Below, one piece after another: positions 12,570 to 25,835 of a DNA stretch of 64,000 nucleotides. The translations under genes and the position numbers were made by a program. The DNA lies in assembly GCF_039654945.1 (NCBI RefSeq), contig NW_027361747.1:1116001-1180000 (forward strand). Direction: 5' to 3'. This DNA comes from Dendrobates tinctorius (lineage: Eukaryota). Every line of letters begins with the position of its first letter. Position 1 is the stretch's first letter. A model generated the notes under the pieces. The model searched no databases. It was not told where the DNA came from and was given only the letters and a program-made list of their open reading frames with translations.

Positions 12570-13450
12570 GTATTACTCATGTGTGATTTTGGCCCATTCT
12601 TCCACACACTCTTTAATCCTGAAGGTTCTGTGCGCTCCCTCTATAAACTCTGAGCTTTAGTTCCTTCTATAAACTTTCTATTGGATTCAGGTCAGGTGAT
12701 TGGCTCAGCCATTCTTGCAGCTTTAATTTCTTTCTCTGAAACCAATTGAGAGTTTTCTTGGCGGTGTGTTTGGGAGCATTGTCTTGCTGAACTGTCAATC
12801 CTTCTTTCATCTTCATTATTCTGAGAGAAGGCATAACATTTTTTTCAAGAATGCCTTGGTACATTTGTCCATTGCTGAAAAACAGTACCACACCATATTT
12901 CCACCACCATACTTCACTGTTGGTATGGTGTTTTTGGTATGATATGTAGGGCCTTTTGGCCTTCTGATCATAATTATTTTCACTTCTCTGTCTGAAATCA
13001 TGCGAAGAGCACCTGGTGTGGCCAGTTATGGTGAAATTATGTTCTTTCTATTTCTGGATTATGGCCCCAACAGGGCTTATAGGAACCTTCAATAATTTAG
13101 AAATTCTTCTGTAACCATCACCATTGTTTTGCAGCAATAAGGTTGCAAACATACTGAGACAACTCACAGTTTTTACACATCATGAGATGTTTCTTACGTA
13201 GCACCTTGATATAATGAGACACCTTTTTATATACTTTTAGTTGAACCAGTGGATATTATTTTTTACTAAGTGGCAGAATTGCTTTTTAAATTCTGGTAGA
13301 TTTCAGCTAGTGTCATTATTTCCCATGGCTTTTTGCACCTTTCATCATATGATGAATACTTTTTCCCTGTGTCATTTCTCATTATTACACATAACTTCAT
13401 TCATGGACATCTATGGTTTTATTTTGTTGTCTGTTTGGGTTGAATAATTG
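12570..13450 (-). mobile_element. Old, deleted Tc1 transposon remnant
   Basis: Fragments NTIPTVKYGGGN and [19 protein letters not shown] on the minus strand. Confidence 0.8.
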
Positions 13451-14473
13451 ATGATCCTCTGACCATCTTAGCTTCTGAGAGACTCTGCCTCTCTAACATG
13501 CTCTTCTTATATACGGTCATATGACCTAATTTAAACTTGACCTTCCAGCTGTTTTGTCATAAGTACCACATACTTTTTCAGCCTTTTGTTAACCCTGTCC
13601 TTATTTTTTTGAGAAGTATTACTACCATTAATTTCTAAATTAACTACAGTAATTTTTCAAATAAAATGTGAAAACTTAAGCTCTGTGTTATTACTATGCT
13701 TGTATACTTAGTCACTAGGGAATAATAGGTTATACACAAAAAACTGCAACTGACCCTGCCATTTCTTGTACAGACTAGATACCCTGAATCCGAAGCCTAC
13801 AGGATCAGATATAGCCCTAATCACAAACTAGGAGATTCCATCTTAAGGGCCCGTTACACATAGCGATATCGCTAGCAATATCGCTGTAACGTCACTGATT
13901 TTGTGACGCAGCAGCGATATTGCTAGCGATATCGCTACATGTGATACTTACCTCCGAAAGGCTTCCCCGCTGATTATCGCTGATCGTGCGAGAACGTCCT
14001 GGACCATTTCTCGTCGGGCGCTTCCTGCTGGGCTTCCTGTGGCGCCGACGAGGGCAGAGTAAAGTACTGCAGTGCACAGGCGCTGGGCCTCTCTGACCTT
14101 TTCCGGCGCCTGTGCACTGAAGTATTTTGCTCTGCCCTCAACAGTGCATATAAATGCGCCTGCGCAGGAGCGCTATGCTGGGGAGCAATGAAGAAGCAGG
14201 AGGGGGGTGTCGCAAATAGATGGGAGACGCCGGACCCATGACACCCATCGGACCGGACTGCCCTCCTTGTGAGTATAATAAAACTTATTTTTCTTATCTT
14301 TCAGGTCGGACCGGGGGTTTATCTACAGCATTATAGAATGCTGTAGATAAGCCCTGAAAGGCAGTGGCAGCATCTAATATCAGTCAAAAAAGGTGACAGG
14401 TTCCCTTTAAATAGAAGCACCTGCAGTGTGATAGGGCAGGCAAGATAGCAAATGGAAACATCAGGGATGGATG

Positions 14474-15380
14474 CAGGGGTGGGATTCAAATTTTTAACAA
14501 CAGGTTCTGTGTTTGTGTGTAGAAAAACCACACCCATTGTTAAGCCACACCATTTACACGCACCTTTTCCTCAAACATACAAGTAGGGGCGCAGTCAAAC
14601 AGTTGAAAAAAAATAAATTTGAATGAGATCAGAACAGTGCACCTTCTGACCAGCAGCTCTCCTGACCCGAGTGTGACAGCTGCATATATTTCTATGCAGC
14701 TGTCTCACTTGACTGACCGGCTGGCCAGGCTGTGCACTACATTCTGATTCATACGACAGTCTGTCCCAATAAAAGTCCCAATAGGCAGCAAAGGTCCCCA
14801 ATAGGCAGGCACAGGTCCCCAATAGGCAGCATTGTTCCCTATAGGCAGCATTGGCCCCCAATAGGCAGGTACAGGTCCCCAATAGGCAGCATAGATCTCC
14901 AATAGGCAGCACAGGTCCCCAAAAGGCAGGCACAGGTCCCCAATAGGCAGCATTGTTCCCTATAGGCAGCATTGATCCGTATAGGCAACACAGTGACATA
15001 CTGACCTGGCGTTGGAGTACAGTGCACAGTGGCAGTCTGCGACGCGTCTGAAGTAACTCAGCTCACACTGGGCTGCGGCGCGCGGTAACTCCTCGAGCTC
15101 CAGTTACCCGCCAATAGCCGTACTGCCACAGGAATCAGTGCGCGGGGGCCGCCGGGGTGTGCTGTGTTCAGTCCCAGTAGTCAGACAGAGCATGTATCAG
15201 TGTGCGGTGTCCGGAGGGCGGGGCTAGGAAACAGAGCAAGAGTCCTCCTCTGCTCCGGCTCCTGCCTGCAACATCAAAGTACTGGATCGCGGCTCTGGAT
15301 CTCCCCGGTTCGGGGAACTGGCTGCTTTTTTAACAACCGATTCCACCGAACCGGGGAGATCCGGCTGAATCCCACCCCTG
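14474..15380. mobile_element. hAT MITE with an internal ~20-bp minisatellite (14765-14990)
   Basis: TIR CAGGGGTGGGATTCA at both ends; 8-bp TSD gatggatg (14466-14473 and 15381-15388). Confidence 0.9.
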
Positions 15381-15535
15381 GATGGATGAAAGGAAAAGAT
15401 AATCAGCACCCAGACAGCGTCAGGATCTGCTGTGGCTTAGTGGACAGAGATGCTGATGGAAGAGCAGAGGAATGCCAGATCGGATCCCAAGGCATGACAG
15501 TTCTATGTTCTGTTGTGAATATAATGTCTCTGTAA

Positions 15536-16078
15536 GGCCTGTTTCACACTTACGTTTTTCCTGTGCGTTGGCAGCCGCTAAAATGGCGGATAACGGATCC
15601 TTGGGCGATGAAACACCAACGGGAGCCACCGGACCGTTGGTGCGCCAGGATCCGCCGATTTTGGAATTTTAAAGGAACCGCGGCTGAAACGAAAAAATGA
15701 CTACCGGCGATGTAGCGGTCAGAGGAGGCGAGATCCCTCGGGCGATGTTGCGGTGAGTGGAGGCGAGATCTCGGGTAATGAGGCGGTGAGTGGAGGAGAC
15801 AGAGAGAGAGAGATTTTTTTATCCAGCAGCCAGATTGGTTTTAGGGTTAAACTTGTAGCAAAAGAGGAAAATACGGATCCGGACAACAAAAAAAAAGTTG
15901 CATTGTCCGTTCGGTGATCTCAGCGGACGCCATAATTCTGGCGGATCCGCAGAAATATGGATGCAACGGACGATCCTCAGTCAAAATCCGGATCCGCCAA
16001 GATAAATGGTGGATCCGTTTTTTTTTGCAAATCGGCGGATTTTGACTGATGATGACAAACGGATGTGTGAAACAGGCC
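15536..16078. mobile_element. PIF/Harbinger MITE
   Basis: TIR GGCCTGTTTCACAC, TAA TSD. Confidence 0.85.
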
Positions 16079-17045
16079 TAAGAGATTTCCAAATTATTCT
16101 TGCTTTCTTTACATTTTACACAAGGTTCCAACTTTTTGGGAATCAGTGTTGACATAGCTCAATTGGTAATTCATTACAGCTATGCACAACATACTGTAGT
16201 ACCATAATATGGCCCATGTACCTGAAAAGACCTAGCAAGTATTCTATTAAATACCTGTTACTCTTCCCTCAAAAGAAACAATTCTAAATCATTTTCTAAG
16301 GACTCTTTACTTTGGTGTTCCTCTGTTATCAAATAGCGGCACAGTATATGGAGATGGAAGGAAGCGAAGGGCTCACATGACTATCGAAATACTCTAGATA
16401 CACATTGTGAGTCCTCACGGGCGGCGTCTTCTCTCCTCCTGCACCAGTCGGTGACTTGTATTGTTCATGATTATTGACACCCCTTTCACATGTAAAGCGC
16501 CACGGAATAGCTATCACATGTGACTGCAAAACATCAACATCGATTAAACTAAAATAACATAAAAGCCAAATAAAAGTGCAAGCAGAAGGAGTGATCCGTA
16601 TCTCCAGACACAAGATGTCAGCTAGAATAGAAGATACAGATGAGCTCGCTCAGCTTTTCCTCCAATAAGGGGAGGATATCAATGACAAATAACGTCAGAA
16701 ACAAAATCTCACTCTTCTGATTAGGAGGTAAAAATTCACAATAAAGACAAGCTTTGGTTTTGCAGTGAGAGCTGAAGATGATGCACACAGTATATGAAAT
16801 GGGACTCTGTGGGCGAGTTTATGATCGTGTTGCATTTCGGCTAAGAAGTTTTTTTTTTTCTTACGCAAACAAATGTGCTTATGAGCCATAAGACTCTGAA
16901 ACTAAAAAGGCCGATTATGGCCGAGAGCAGGCAAGGCTTTAGTGCAGTAATAGTTAATCATGGCAGGTTTTAAATGGAATGAATTTTCTTTTCTGGGTTA
17001 AATAATCTAGAAATGTGGAAACTTACTTTATGTTCTGAATTGTTC

Positions 17046-17508
17046 AGCTATGTTCACACTAGGCGTTTCTTTATGCAAATTTTCACCTGCGTTTTACAGA
17101 ACCAGCAAAGTCTATGAGTTTTCAGAAATCTCATGCACACAGCTTGGTTTTTTTCGTCCTCAGTATTTTGTGCTTTGATTGTTTTTTGCAGAATAGAGAA
17201 TGTCACTTCTTTCACTGTTTTTCACCCATTGAAAGTAATGAGTGGTGAAAAAAACACTAGAAAACCACAGGTTTCAGGTGTTGCTGCGTTATTTTGTGAC
17301 AAAACCTTATGAAATTTTTTTTTGTCACTAAACTTTATCAGCATGCACAAGAGACAAATGTAGCACGACAAAAACACACCACAAAACAAGCAGCAAAAAC
17401 GCAACAAGAACCGCAAGAAAAAATTTTTATGCAGATTCTTTGCAAAGAGAGCAGGTTTTGCTGCAGAAAAAAAAACCCACAGCAAAACGCCATGTGTGAA
17501 CATACGCT
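17046..17508. mobile_element. Degenerate Harbinger MITE
   Basis: Termini gctatgttcacac ... gtgtgaacatacgc-tta; related to the partial element at 63891-64000. Confidence 0.6.
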
Positions 17509-17972
17509 TACGGAGATACAAATGATTATTTTAAAAAATGTCCCTAGTAATATAAAAGAGATGGATTTGTGAGCTGTAAATGAGGGCATTAACTTAAAAA
17601 AATCCAACATGTACTTGGAGCAAACCCCATGGCAGGAATCCAAGGCTGACCCTTCTGCTTTGGCACAGAATACGTGTCGAAATCTGCGTGACAAAAGCTT
17701 TACGTGAATTTACCTACTAGTTGAAACGTACCTTTTCTGAATGGTTTTAAATTTGGTATACCAAATGACAGCAGAAATACATGTGGGTATGAATGCTATG
17801 TACATTTATTGGAAATAATGCCATATACCAATTGGACACAAGTGTTCAGGAAGCCACTGATAAGTCGTCTCGTCTAATGTGATGATCTAATGGGAACTGA
17901 TCTTAGTAGTTAGGGAGATCTCTCTCTCCCATCTATCATCTATGTATCTCTCTCCAATCTATCGCCTACCTA

Positions 17973-19576
17973 CAGTGGGGAAAAAAAGTATTTAGTCAGT
18001 CAGCAATAGTGCAAGTTCCACCACTTAAAAAGATGAGAGGCGTCTGTAATTTACATCATAGGTAGACCTCAACTATGGGAGACAAACTGAGAAAAAAAAA
18101 TCCAGAAAATCACATTGTCTGTTTTTTTCATTTTATTTGCATATTATGGTGGAAAATAAGTATTTGGTCAGAAACAAAATTTCATCTCAATACTTTGTGA
18201 TATATCCTTTGTTGGCAATGACAGAGGTCAAACGTTTTCTGTAAGTCTTCACAAGGTTGCCACACACTGTTGTTGGTATGTTGGCCCATTCCTCCATGCA
18301 GATCTCCTCTAGAGCAGTGATGTTTTTGGCTTTTCGCTTGGCAACACGGACTTTCAACTCCCTCCAAAGGTTTTCTATAGGGTTGAGATCTGGAGACTGG
18401 CTAGGCCACTCCAGGACCTTGAAATGCTTCTTACGAAGCCACTCCTTCGTTGCCCTGGCGGTGTGCTTTGGATCATTGTCATGTTGAAAGACCCAGCCAC
18501 GTTTCATCTTCAATGCCCTTGCTGATGGAAGGAGGTTTGCACTCAAAATCTCACGATACATGGCCCCATTCATTCTTTCATGTACCCGGATCAGTCGTCC
18601 TGGCCCCTTTGCAGAGAAACAGCCCCAAAGCATGATGTTTTCACCACCATGCTTTACAGTAGGTATGGTGTTTGATGGATGCAACTCAGTATTCTTTTTC
18701 CTCCAAACACGACAAGTTGTGTTTCTACCAAACAGTTCCAGTTTGGTTTCATCAGACCATAGGACATTCTCCCAAAACTCCTCTGGATCATCCAAATGCT
18801 CTCTAGCAAACTTCAGACGGGCCCGGACATGTACAGGCTTAAGCAGTGGGACACGTCTGGCACTGCAGGATCTGAGTCCATGGTGGCGTAGTGTGTTACT
18901 TATGGTAGGCCTTGTTACATTGGTCCCAGCTCTCTGCAGTTCATTCACTAGGTCCCCCCGCGTGGTTCTGGGATTTTTGCTCACCGTTCTTGTGATCATT
19001 CTGACCCCACGGGGTGGGATTTTGCGTGGAGCACCAGATCGAGGGAGATTATCAGTGGTCTTGTATGTCTTCCATTTTCTAATTATTGCTCCCACAGTTG
19101 ATTTCTTCACTCCAAGCTGGTTGGCTATTGCAGATTCAGTCTTCCCAGCCTGGTGCAGGGCTACAATTTTGTTTCTGGTGTCCTTTGACAGCTCTTTGGT
19201 CTTCACCATAGTGGAGTTTGGAGTCAGACTGTTTGAGGGTGTGCACAGGTGTCTTTTTATACTGATAACAAGTTTAAACAGGTGCCATTACTACAGGTAA
19301 TGAGTGGAGGAAAGAGGAGACTCTTAAAGAAGAAGTTACAGGTCTGTGAGAGCCAGAAATCTTGATTGCTTGTTTTTGACCAAATACTTATTTTCCACCA
19401 TAATATGCAAATAAAATAAAAAAAAAACAGACAATGTGATTTTCTGGATTTTTTTTTCTCAGTTTGTCTCCCATAGTTGAGGTCTACCTATGATGTAAAT
19501 TACAGACGCCTCTCATCTTTTTAAGTGGTGGAACTTGCACTATTGCTGACTGACTAAATACTTTTTTTCCCCACTG
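17973..19576 (-). mobile_element. Full-length Tc1 transposon, copy 1 (~200-bp TIRs, TA TSD)
   Basis: TA|CAGTGGGGAAAAAAAGTATTTAG ... CTAAATACTTTTTTTCCCCACTG|TA. Confidence 0.97.
18187..19209 (-). CDS. Tc1 DD34E transposase, 340 aa, uninterrupted
   Basis: Paired-like N-terminus, [12 protein letters not shown] and SPDLNPIE, with 34 residues between the second D and E. Confidence 0.95.
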   Translation of the reverse strand: MVKTKELSKDTRNKIVALHQAGKTESAIANQLGVKKSTVGAIIRKWKTYKTTDNLPRSGAPRKIPPRGVRMITRTVSKNPRTTRGDLVNELQRAGTNVTRPTISNTLRHHGLRSCSARRVPLLKPVHVRARLKFAREHLDDPEEFWENVLWSDETKLELFGRNTTCRVWRKKNTELHPSNTIPTVKHGGENIMLWGCFSAKGPGRLIRVHERMNGAMYREILSANLLPSARALKMKRGWVFQHDNDPKHTARATKEWLRKKHFKVLEWPSQSPDLNPIENLWRELKVRVAKRKAKNITALEEICMEEWANIPTTVCGNLVKTYRKRLTSVIANKGYITKY

Positions 19577-20550
19577 TATCTATCACTCTATCTATGTCTC
19601 TCCTATCTGTTAGGAGTCGGGTTCCTGTCACTGCACAGCAGGAATCCCAAGCCTTGCATTCGGCAGTCTTCCATTTCTCTTCGGCCGCAGAGGAACCTGC
19701 TCAGCAGACTCGTCGATCCCGGCGCTCTGGTCAAACCAGCTCTGTGGGTTTGGTTGCTGCTGCCACCTCTGGCCAAGCTATAGCAACGCAAGCTGGTCAG
19801 CAGCGAGCTACTCCAGGGACCAAGTCCTCCTTTCAGTCCACTGAGCATACCCGTGGGACGATCTCTCATTGGAGATCGGAGGTCACATGCTCAGGTCCTT
19901 CTCCAGCTCGGATTGGACCATCAGAAAGGTCAGGAAGGTCCCGGAAGGACGCGGCTATAAAAGGTTCACTTGGCCGCTAGGCCATGCGCTAGTATAGACT
20001 GCTTTATCAGACTATGAGGAGTGAGTGTCGTATGCATGTATGAATGTCTCTGGTGAATGACTTGTTAAGAAACTCCTACCCTTGGTACGCATGTGTTGTG
20101 CAGCCTTGTCTGTTAAGCGCCCAGGCTTAGGTGTAGGTAGGACAGAGTCTGAGACAGGCATCAGTGTCAACGGTGCACGTGCTCGACACTCCATAGTCAG
20201 CGTCTATAGTGGCGTCCGCAGGTGCGACACCGCACGCTCAGAAGGTCTACAGGGACTCTGACACCGTGTCCATGAGGCAGAGTTCTGTGACCGCTTTCCG
20301 TGCGCTCTGTGGCCGGGCTGTGAGCTAAACAGGCACCGGCATTTATGTTCTGCGGTAGCGCGGCTGTGAGTTAACAGAGTTCGCTTCTGTTCACATTGGG
20401 TAACGTTTACCCACATGTGACCTTTTGTACACCGCTTTATACTTCTGCCATTACTAAGCAGCAGTTAACCACCCCTGCACGGTGGACCCCGGGCTGCGAA
20501 CACACCTTACTATTATTTTATTATTTGGTGCATTCCGCTAGCCCTAATAT

Positions 20551-20561
20551 TATACTAGCGC
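20551..20561 (+). promoter_or_regulatory. Self-priming primer-binding site complementary to the predicted transcript 5' end
   Basis: tatactagcgc is the exact reverse complement of gcgctagtata (19986-19996), which starts 30 nt after the start of TATAAAA (19956). Confidence 0.8.
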
Positions 20562-23141
20562 CAGGGTCTGGCTAGTAATGGCGGACGAACAGCGACTGCT
20601 GCAGTACATCCGGCAGCTGCAGGGAAGATTGGCGGCTCTTGAGCGTTCAGCCTCAGCTGCAGATGTTACTGCGGTCGGTGTTCAGGCAGCCACGGAGGCT
20701 GTCTCTCGTGTGACCACTGCCATCCCTGCCCCGACTTTGTCCCGCCTCCAGCTGCCCGAGAAGTTCTCGGGCGATCGTGCTTCTTGTAGGGGTTTCGTGA
20801 GCCAGTGCTCTATACAGCTGGAGCTGCTGGCAGCACGATTCCCCTCCGAGCGGGCTAAGGTGGGATTTATTATTTCCCTCTTGTCGGGCAGGGCTTTGGA
20901 GTGGGCCACATCGCTGTGGGAGCGTGGTGATCATGTGGTGCAGAGTGCTTCGCAGTTCTTGGGCATTCTGAAGCAGGTCTTCCTGGGACCGTGAGTCACC
21001 CATGACACCGCGCTCCGGCTGCTGGAATTGTCACAGGGCTCGTCCATGGTCAGCCACTTTGCCATCCAGTTCCGGACGCTGGCCTCCGAGTTAGAGTGGC
21101 CAGATAAGGTCCTCATCCCGGCATTCTGGAGAGGTTTGGCTGACCATGTGAAGGACGCTCTGGCCACCAGGGAGATTCCCGCTTCACTGGAGGAGCTTAT
21201 CACCATCTCCACCGGTATAGACCTTCGCTTTGCCGAGCGAAGGTTGGAGCGGTCCCAGTGTAGGCAGAGATTTAGGTTGGCACCCAGTTCTGCTAAACCT
21301 CTGGAACCTCCCGTTCGGGCGTTCGAGCGTCAGGGGGCTTCCCGTGAGGGATCCAGGCCCCGATCTGCTTCAGTCCCTGTGATCTGTCATGGTTGCAGGC
21401 AGTCCGGTCACCTTGCCAACCTGTGCCCACAGCGGCTGGGGAAACGCTCGCATCTAGTGGCCGTAGGAGGCGGCTCACTAGAATCCGCTGCGTTTTCCTC
21501 CAAGTTGTCCTTTAAGGGGACACTTGAGTTTAGTTCTTCCACTCTGGCGGTGGAGGTTTGCGTGGATTCCGGAGCGGAGGGCAATTTTATGTCATCTGCC
21601 TTCGCTCAGCGGCACGCAATACCAATGGTTATGATATCTAAGCCAGTCACCGTCAGAGTAGTGAATGGCGCAACTCTGCCCTCACAGATTACCCACCAAA
21701 CCGCTCCACTGATACTCTCGGTGTCTCCATCTCATCAGGAGATGATATCCCTCCTCGTCATGCCCGAGGGTATCAACCAGGTCCTTCTAGGGGTCCCCTG
21801 GTTGCGGTACCACTCTCCCCATATAGAGTGGTCCTCGGGGAGAATTCTTGGTTGGAGAAAGTCATGTGAGGGTAGATGTCTGAGATAGTGTGTCAAGGTT
21901 GCCTCCACCGAGGTCCCCGCAGATCTTTCCTCGCTCCCCAAACATTATGGACAGTATGCGGACATGTTCTCCAAAAAGGCGGAGGAGACCCTTCCACCGC
22001 ATTGCCCCTATGACTGTCCTATTGACCTCTTGCCGGGTTTGGAGCCTCCCCAGGGTAGAGTCTACCCCTTATCTCTCCCAGAGACAGAGGGCATGTCTCA
22101 GTACATGAGGGAGAATGTGGCAAGAGGCTTTATTAGGAAGTCAGTGTCACCTGCAGGGGCCGGGTTTTTCTTCGTGCAGAAGAAGAATGGAGAACTACAT
22201 CCATGCATAGATTACAGGGGTCTTAACGCCATCACTGTTAAGAACAAGTACCCTTTGCCCCTGATATCTGAGTTTTTTGATAGGCTGCGAGGAGCGAGGG
22301 TCTTCACAAAGCTGGATCTGCAGAGTGCTTACAACCTGATTCGCATCCGTGAGGGAGACGAATGGAAGACGGCGTTTAACATCAGGGATGGGCATTATGA
22401 ATACCTGGTGATGCCCTTCGGGCTCTGTAATGCTCCTGCCGTCTTCCAAGACTTTGTGAACGACATCTTCCGGGATATGCTCACCACCTCGGTTGTAGTC
22501 TATCTGGATGATATCCTCATCAACTCTCCATATATAGACTCCCACCAGAAGGATGTTTGCAAAGTCTTTGAGCTCCTATGGGCAAACTCCCTATATGCCA
22601 AGTTGGAGAAATGTTTATTTGAGCAGGAGTCCTTGCCTTTCTTAGGCTATATCATCTCGGCCAGGGGTTGGCCATGGATCCTGCCAAACTTCAGGCGGTG
22701 ATAGATTGGCAGGAGCCTCACTCCCTCAAAGCGGTGCAGCGCTTTATGGGATTTATTAACTACTACCGCTAATTCATCCCGCACTTCTCGACTTTGGTAG
22801 CTCCCTTGGTTGCCCTCACCAAGAAGGGAGCGAATCCTAAATTGTGGTCAGAGGAGGTCTCCAAGGCCTTCCTCTCCATCAAGTCCCACTTCGCTAGCGC
22901 TCCCATTTTACATCGCCCCAATGTGGATAAGCCATTTATTTTAGAGGTGGATGCCTCGTCCGTCGGTGCTGGAGCAGTCCTGTTCCAAAAGGATGCTCAA
23001 GGTCGGAAGCATCCTTGCTTCTTTTCCAAGACCTTCTCGCCGGCGGAGAGGAACTATTCCATTGGGGACAGGGAGTTGCTAGCCATGAAGTTGGCCTTTT
23101 CTGAATGGAGACACCTCCTGGAGGGGGCTCGCTATCCCTTC

Positions 23142-23434
23142 TAGGGCTGTGGAGTCGGTAAGCCAAACCTGCGACTCCGACTCCTCAATTTCCCTTCCAC
23201 CGACTCCGACTCCACGACTCCGACATATATTGCTTATATTAAAGTGAAAAATTTATTGTAGTACAATGTGAACATCAGACATTTAATCATTTTTATGATA
23301 CAATAATCAAGACATTTAGACAGAACATAATATATATTTATTGGAATACAACTTTAGAACACAAAAAACTGTAATAAATTGTAAATATGTAATACACTAT
23401 GTAATATCGATTACATATATATATATACAGTATA

Positions 23435-23484
<50 letters not shown>

Positions 23485-25035
23485 ACACTATGTAATAAAC
23501 TATGTAAGTGGCAAAAAACAGTTTTCAACAAAAACATACTAAATAACATTTGTGCAGTCTATGAATTTGTTCTAAGAAATAGAATTGCCTCCATCAGATC
23601 CTCCTTCATAGATGACCTAAAATCTGACCTAATAATTTTAAGGCCAGAGAACAACCTCTCTACACTAACTTGGGTTGGAGGCAAAGCCGTAACCACATGG
23701 GCAACATCTCTAACAATTTCCAAGTATAAAGGAATTGCCTCATGCACAGTCAGTTTTGATGAACGGTTGAATTTTTCTTTTTATTTGAGAGCAAGTGAAA
23801 CATTTTGCTGAAATATAGTCAATCTGCTTGCTATAGGAGACGGAGTGAAATCTTTTTCCTTGCGGCAACGCTTTGCCTGCTCCATGTCATCCAAATACTT
23901 GTCAAAGTCAAACTCCTCATCTGATGAGGATGAAGATATGGCAGCAGTAGCACTGTCAGGACCCAAGTCCTCTTGCGCCTGGCAGTCCTCCTGTAGGCCA
24001 CTCATCCTAACTGCTACCTTTAGTAAGCTGTTGATCATCAAGCAATATACGATGACTTGGGTCCACATAAACAGCTGCCAGAAAAATTTTATTTTCCAAT
24101 ATAGGTGTCTCTCTCCGTTTCATTGAAGCAGAAATGCCATCTGCGATTAAATCTCCTCTTTGGGACAGGCAAAATAGCAAGTTCTTCCACTCCCTTATGA
24201 AAATGCCAGGAGTTAAATCCTCAGCTTGTAATTTTTTAGTCACGGTAAATAGGTGATTAAGCAATTCCTTCTATTCAGCCACCTGTGTCCATTGACCTTC
24301 ATTTAGGGTTACCTGAGGGTTCGCCATATCTATAAGAAATGGTTTTAGCCAGGATCAAAACTGGGGGGGCAGAACCTCATACTGTTCCGCAGAATCTCAT
24401 ACTGCACACCTCAGCTGCTGCAGAACCTTATACTGCACACACCTACACTTGAAAATAAAGCCTGCACCTTAAGATGTGGTGAATGCAGTCTATTTATTCC
24501 AACTATCAATTGATGTTGATGTGTTACTGAAGACGAGCAATGCCTGTCCTGGGCGTCCTTTTGGGCAGCTATGAGGTGTACCTGACTGGTGCTAAAAAAT
24601 AAAGGAGTGTTAGTCTGTGTGCTACCCGGCTTTCATTCTTTTTGGTACAGATAAGATATGGATAGACAGATATGGATAAATGGATAGAGCAGATTTCCAA
24701 TCTGCTTTTGCTATTGAAAACATTATCTATGAGCTCAAAAACCTTTCAGGTGATGCGGTTTTTAAAAAGCTGATCTGCTTTTGCAGCTGAAAAACGTATC
24801 CTCAAAAAACGCAGCAAAAACGCTGTGTGTGAATGGAGCCTTAGATCAGGAATAGAACAGCCATTTATAGGACATTTCATAACTTTCCCAAATTCCTATG
24901 AAAAAATATTCAGCACATTCTGCATTGAACTACTGTACCCAATTAATTATATATTTTAGGAGTCGGACCATTTTATACCGACTCCTACTCCACCAAAATG
25001 AGCTCCGACTCCACGACTCTGACTCCACAGCCCTG
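23142..25035 (-). mobile_element. hAT transposon deletion derivative inserted in the chromovirus RNase H; retains the transposase C-terminus (~23559-24330)
   Basis: TIR (T/C)AGGGCTGTGGAGTC, 8-bp TSD atcccttc, hAT dimerization motif LPPTQVSVERLFSGLKII. Confidence 0.9.
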
Positions 25036-25433
25036 ATCCCTTCCAAGTTTACACTGACCACAAAAACTTGGTCTCTCTTCAAACCACCCAGCAGTTAAAT
25101 TCTCGCCAAGCCCGATGGTCTCTCTTCTTCTCCCGGTTCCACTTCACCCTACACTTCCTTTCCAGTGAGAAGAATGTCCGGGCCGATGCGCTCTCTCGCT
25201 CCGTGGTGTCAGCGGAGGAAGAGCCTCGGTTAATTGTACCATCTGAGAGCCTGAGGAGAGTGGCTCCGGTCACCCTTGAGTCTGTACCCTCGGGCAAGAC
25301 TTTTGACCCTGCCCGTTTGCGTTCGGAGGTCCTCTCTTGGGCTCACGCGTCCAGGGTGGGTGGACACTTTGGTACTAAGCGGATGGTTGAGCTTTTGGCA
25401 AGGACGTACTGGTGGCCGCATATGGCTCGTGAC

Positions 25434-25835
25434 TAGAGTTGGGCGAAATGGGTCAGTCAAATTCAAAAGTCGCCGACTTTCGCAAAGTCGGGTTTCGCCG
25501 CGCGAACCCCGACCATAGCGTGAGGTCGGCCATGCGGTCGCCGACCCGAGCGCCAAAGTCGGACTTCCCAGAATGCTTGCACGTGACTTTTTTCAGCCAC
25601 TGAGCAAGGCACTGTGGGCAACGAGATGACATGTGCAGTGTCCGGAGAGAGAGAGTTTTCACGTACTTTAAAAAAGCGGTCTGGCATGTTGGTGTGTTTA
25701 CTGTCCTCCACTCCCTGCCGACTTTGCTTCCCCATTGACTTGCATTGGGTTTCGTGTTTCAGTCGGACCTTCGACTTTTCACGTTCGAATCAACTTTTGA
25801 GAAAGCCCTAAAAAAGGCAAAGTCGCTCATCTCTA
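25434..25835. mobile_element. hAT MITE inserted in the integrase zinc finger
   Basis: TIRs TAGAGTTGGGCGA / TCGCTCATCTCTA, 8-bp TSD ctcgtgac. Confidence 0.9.

Noticed and set aside
18560-19300. 246-aa antisense ORF, also at 57455-58195
   Set aside because: Shadow of the transposase ORF with a non-ATG start; its presence in both copies only reflects their near identity.
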